Below the pieces are notes generated by a model. The model was not told the DNA's origin and made no database searches. It saw only the letters and a program-made list of their open reading frames with translations. Below are positions 22,902 through 25,810 of a stretch of 25,810 nucleotides of DNA, piece after piece. This DNA is from Oculatellaceae cyanobacterium bins.114. GTDB taxonomy: Bacteria > Cyanobacteriota > Cyanobacteriia > Elainellales > Elainellaceae. The stretch's first letter is position 1, and every line of letters begins with the position of its first letter. The position numbers were made by a program, and so were the translations under genes. The stretch is from positions 1 to 25,810 of the forward strand of contig JANRJA010000090.1 in assembly GCA_033764315.1 (NCBI GenBank), in the 5' to 3' direction.

Positions 22902-23528
22902 TTACTGCCGAACCAGTTCAACAGAGGTAGCAAGCCCAGGATAAATAGACACTGGGGGACGATCGATTACCTGATCAATCAAGCCATACTCCATCGCTTC
23001 TTGCGCTGACATAAAGAAATCTCGCTCCGTATCTTGCTCGATTTGCTCCAATGATTTTCCGGTGTAGTTCGCCATTCTCTGGTTAATTTGGCGTTTTAGA
23101 TAGAGGATTTCCTTAGCTTGAATCTCGATATCTACGGCTTGCCCCTGCGCCCCACCTGAGGGTTGGTGAATCATAATCCGTGAACTAGGCAAACTGCTGC
23201 GCTTGCCTTTAGCTCCCGCACCTAACAGAAATGCCCCCATACTGGCCGCCAGCCCATAGCAAATGGTGCAAACATCAGGGCGAATATGATTCATGGTGTC
23301 ATAGATGCCTAAACCTGCCAACACAGAGCCACCTGGCGAATTGATATACAGGTAAATATCTTTTTCTGGGTCTTCTGCCTCCAAAAATAACATTTGTGCC
23401 ACAATTCGATTTGCCATTTCTGACTCGACAGGTTCTGCCAGAAAGATGATGCGATCGCGCAGCAAGCGAGAATAAATGTCGAAGGCTCTTTCTCCTCGAC
23501 CCGATTGTTCAATAACGGTAGGAATCAT
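22902..23528 (-). CDS. clpP: ATP-dependent Clp protease proteolytic subunit
   Basis: [18 protein letters not shown] (catalytic Ser), MIHQP (His) and ERDFFM (Asp). Confidence 0.97.
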   Translation of the reverse strand: MIPTVIEQSGRGERAFDIYSRLLRDRIIFLAEPVESEMANRIVAQMLFLEAEDPEKDIYLYINSPGGSVLAGLGIYDTMNHIRPDVCTICYGLAASMGAFLLGAGAKGKRSSLPSSRIMIHQPSGGAQGQAVDIEIQAKEILYLKRQINQRMANYTGKSLEQIEQDTERDFFMSAQEAMEYGLIDQVIDRPPVSIYPGLATSVELVRQ

Positions 23529-23582
23529 GATGGCGTTTCCTTTTAAAGATGTAGATGGTGTCGTGATCAGGACTTGGACTAG

Positions 23583-23957
23583 TTACAGGGAAGGCAATTG
23601 GCTCACATGACCGGCGACAATTTGCCAGCGGTTTTGGCGTTGGAGCCAGACACGAGTAAACCGATAGCCCTCTGAAAAAGCTTGATGATTAAGAGTTCCA
23701 GCGATTTCGGCCTTGAGGGTAACTACCACACAATCGTTGCTAAAGGGATGAATTTGGCGATCGCTAATATCCAGTTTTGTGAACCGAAAAAGTCCAGAGC
23801 GGTGTGCGTCTAGATCGTCTTGTTTACTGGCGATCTGACCAATATGCATGGTCCAAACCAAATCATCTGCAATCAGTTCATCCAACACAGCCACGTCGCT
23901 GGCGAGCATGGCACATCGCAATTTTTCTTCCAGGTTTTCGATGGGTTCATATTCCAT
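23583..23957 (-). CDS. Nuclear transport factor 2 / DUF4440-family protein
   Basis: AMLASDVAVLDELIADDL..YRFTRVW..WQIVAGH; start placed at ATG 23957. Confidence 0.85.
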   Translation of the reverse strand: MEYEPIENLEEKLRCAMLASDVAVLDELIADDLVWTMHIGQIASKQDDLDAHRSGLFRFTKLDISDRQIHPFSNDCVVVTLKAEIAGTLNHQAFSEGYRFTRVWLQRQNRWQIVAGHVSQLPSL

Positions 23958-24102
23958 TGCAGGTTTCTCCCAGTTGAGCAATCATGCTGGGTTTCCAGAT
24001 TTCGTCGAATGGGAGTCGAAATGCTCTTATTAATCCCCTACTAGGGGCACTTTGCGAAACACCCCTACCGCTGATCGGTGGCCGTTATGGGTTAAATGGA
24101 TA

Positions 24103-24672
24103 TCACATTTCTAGCGGGGGTTCATGCTGAATTAAGACAGCGGGTAGGGTTTGGTTGAGGTAATACTCCCAATGAAAGGCTTGAAATGCAGAAATTTCTA
24201 GAGTGGCTGTGCTTGAAGCACTACCATAGTCAGGGTGAAACAACTTAGAGTGACGCAACCCAGAATAGTTGTAGAAACTAGCTGTTTCCTTGGAATGATG
24301 CTTTGTGGTAACGCCACTGAGACGATTTAGAGTCGCCGCCGCGATCGCGTAGCTGTGTTGCAGATGCTTAAGGCGCAGTTGCGTTCCACCTGGCACAGCA
24401 TCCAAAGTCCAGACCACCAGAGACGGTTCAGCAGCAGGCTCTTTCCAGGTGTAAACCAAACGAGTCGGTTCCTCTAATTCCACCACCTCACACTGAATGG
24501 TGGTTGTCAAACCTGGTAAAGGTTGGCTGCGAAACTGAAACTTGTGTCCTAGTTTTGGCTCAAAATCATTGTCCATCATCCAGTCTGCCAAGGCGCGGCG
24601 ATCGGTCAACACTCGCCAGACCCGCTCAGGTGGATGCGGATAAAACACCTCTAAGTGAACTGTCTGACTCAT
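24103..24672 (-). CDS. SRPBCC/AHSA1-domain protein
   Basis: YPHPPERVWRVLTD..WMM.NDFEP..CEVVELEEPTRLVYTW; coupled to the ArsR gene by a 4-bp overlap. Confidence 0.9.
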   Translation of the reverse strand: MSQTVHLEVFYPHPPERVWRVLTDRRALADWMMDNDFEPKLGHKFQFRSQPLPGLTTTIQCEVVELEEPTRLVYTWKEPAAEPSLVVWTLDAVPGGTQLRLKHLQHSYAIAAATLNRLSGVTTKHHSKETASFYNYSGLRHSKLFHPDYGSASSTATLEISAFQAFHWEYYLNQTLPAVLIQHEPPLEM

Positions 24673-24992
24673 GAGGTTTCCTCCAAGTAGTCACCAAGGG
24701 CATCTAGTTTTTGCTGCCAGAACGGTTCGTAGTGGGCGACCCACTCAGACACCTGTTGCAGGGGCACTGGATTGAGCCGATAGAGCCGTTGTCGTCCCGA
24801 TTTTTGTTGGCTAACTAACCCGGCACTGCACAGAATTTGTAAGTGCTGAGAGATGGCAGGCAATGACATCTCAAAGGGTTCGGCAAGTTGTCTGACGGGC
24901 TGTTCTCCGGTTCGCAGGCGATCAAGAATTGCCCGACGAGTCGGATCAGCGATCGCCTGAAAAATATCGGCACTGGCAGCAGGTCTACTCAT
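24669..24992 (-). CDS. ArsR/SmtB-family transcriptional regulator
   Basis: FQAIADPTRRAIL..MSLPAISQHLQIL..GRQRLYRL. Confidence 0.93.
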   Translation of the reverse strand: MSRPAASADIFQAIADPTRRAILDRLRTGEQPVRQLAEPFEMSLPAISQHLQILCSAGLVSQQKSGRQRLYRLNPVPLQQVSEWVAHYEPFWQQKLDALGDYLEETS

Positions 24993-25002
24993 TCAATAAA
25001 AC

Positions 25003-25056
25003 TTAAGCGAATGCTTAACTGTTTACAGTATAGATAAGCATTCGCTTAAATGTCAA
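25003..25056 (-). promoter_or_regulatory. ArsR operon promoter with two palindromic operators
   Basis: TTGACA-18 nt-TATACT; TTAAGCGAATGCTTA (25003-25017) and its exact inverse (25035-25049). Confidence 0.8.
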
Positions 25057-25062
25057 CTGAAA

Positions 25063-25139
25063 TATAGCTATCCTCAATCAGTTGTGAGATCAGTGGTTGT
25101 GAGAGGCGCACCCCTCATAACCCACTTGGGATTGCTATA
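25063..25139. mobile_element. Degenerate copy of the 8474-8566 MITE
   Basis: TATAGCTATCCT..GGTTGTGAGAGGCGCACCCCTC..GGGATTGCTATA; most of one internal hairpin arm is deleted. Confidence 0.7.
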
Positions 25140-25287
25140 TCAACTCACATGTCAGCCCACCTTGAGAGCACTCTATCCCTCACAATGACTTGAGTTGGTG
25201 CCAGAGCCATGCAAGCGTAATTCTATGTTTGTGTAAGCTCTACATCATTCCACTCGTATTTCATTCCACTGGTATTTCGGCTAACAG

Positions 25288-25810
25288 GTGACTCTCACTG
25301 CTGAATTGCGTCAGAAATTGAGCGATCGCAAAGCCGAACTGGTTCCTTATCGGCATCAAGCCAAAGCCGAGACCAGAGCACAGCCCTTCTTGCCGATCTC
25401 CCCTTCTTTCCCTGCCCAACGCCCCAGTTCCTCCCAAAGCTTTCCCCTTTCCTTTGCTCAGCAGAGATTGTGGTTCTTGCAGCAATTTATCAATTGTAAA
25501 TTTGAGAACCGTTGCAGTGAGCGATCGCATGAGCCAACAACTTGCCACCGCCGAAGCTCAACGGCCGTTTAACCTGACGGTTGACCCACTGTTACAATTG
25601 ACCTTTTTACAATTTGATGCAGCGGAGTCTGTTTTGTTGTTGACGATGCATCACATTGCTACTGATGGTTGGTCGCTCGGAGTCCTGATTTGAGAACTAG
25701 CGTGTTGCTACACTGCATGAGTTGAGGGGAGCTTTATATCACCTCATTTGTCACCGTTGCCCATGCAATACACTGACTTTTTCCTCTGGCAGCACAATTG
25801 GTTATAAGGG
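25288..25810 (+). pseudogene. Decayed NRPS N-terminus (docking-like segment plus condensation domain fragments)
   Basis: FPLSFAQQRLWFLQQ, RPFNL and MHHIATDGWS (HHxxxDG) lie in different frames with an internal deletion and stops; PMQYTDFFLWQ follows downstream. Confidence 0.85.

Overview
Cyanobacterial DNA (many HIP1 octamers, GCGATCGC; roughly 50% GC by eye). Positions 1-11300 look like a translation-stress island on the minus strand. It starts with the 5' part of a tRNA array (Asp, Glu-CUC, Arg-CCG, Cys, Met, Trp, Glu-UUC, Tyr, continuing off the left edge). Two non-tRNA mimics sit inside the array: an 82-nt RNA shaped like the tRNA-like domain of tmRNA with no mRNA domain, and a circularly permuted, Y RNA (YrlA)-like hairpin. 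The array leader has a boxB/boxA-like site and phased TGTAGTA operators. Upstream lie an attenuator-like leader, an HNH nuclease and an alr0857-family gene. A second copy of the same promoter/leader drives a collapsed mini-array (half tRNA-Val, tRNA-Ala, tRNA-His) followed by kptA and a GNAT gene. Between the two units are a large GAF/PAS hybrid kinase with an XRE gene, gene relics, a MITE and an orphan Tn7-like transposon end. The right half holds an AraC relic, a PAS hybrid kinase, a divergent stressosome operon (rsbR-rsbS-rsbT, phosphatase, two hybrid kinases), clpP, DUF4440, SRPBCC and ArsR genes, and a decayed NRPS fragment. All RNA folds and alignments were done by eye.
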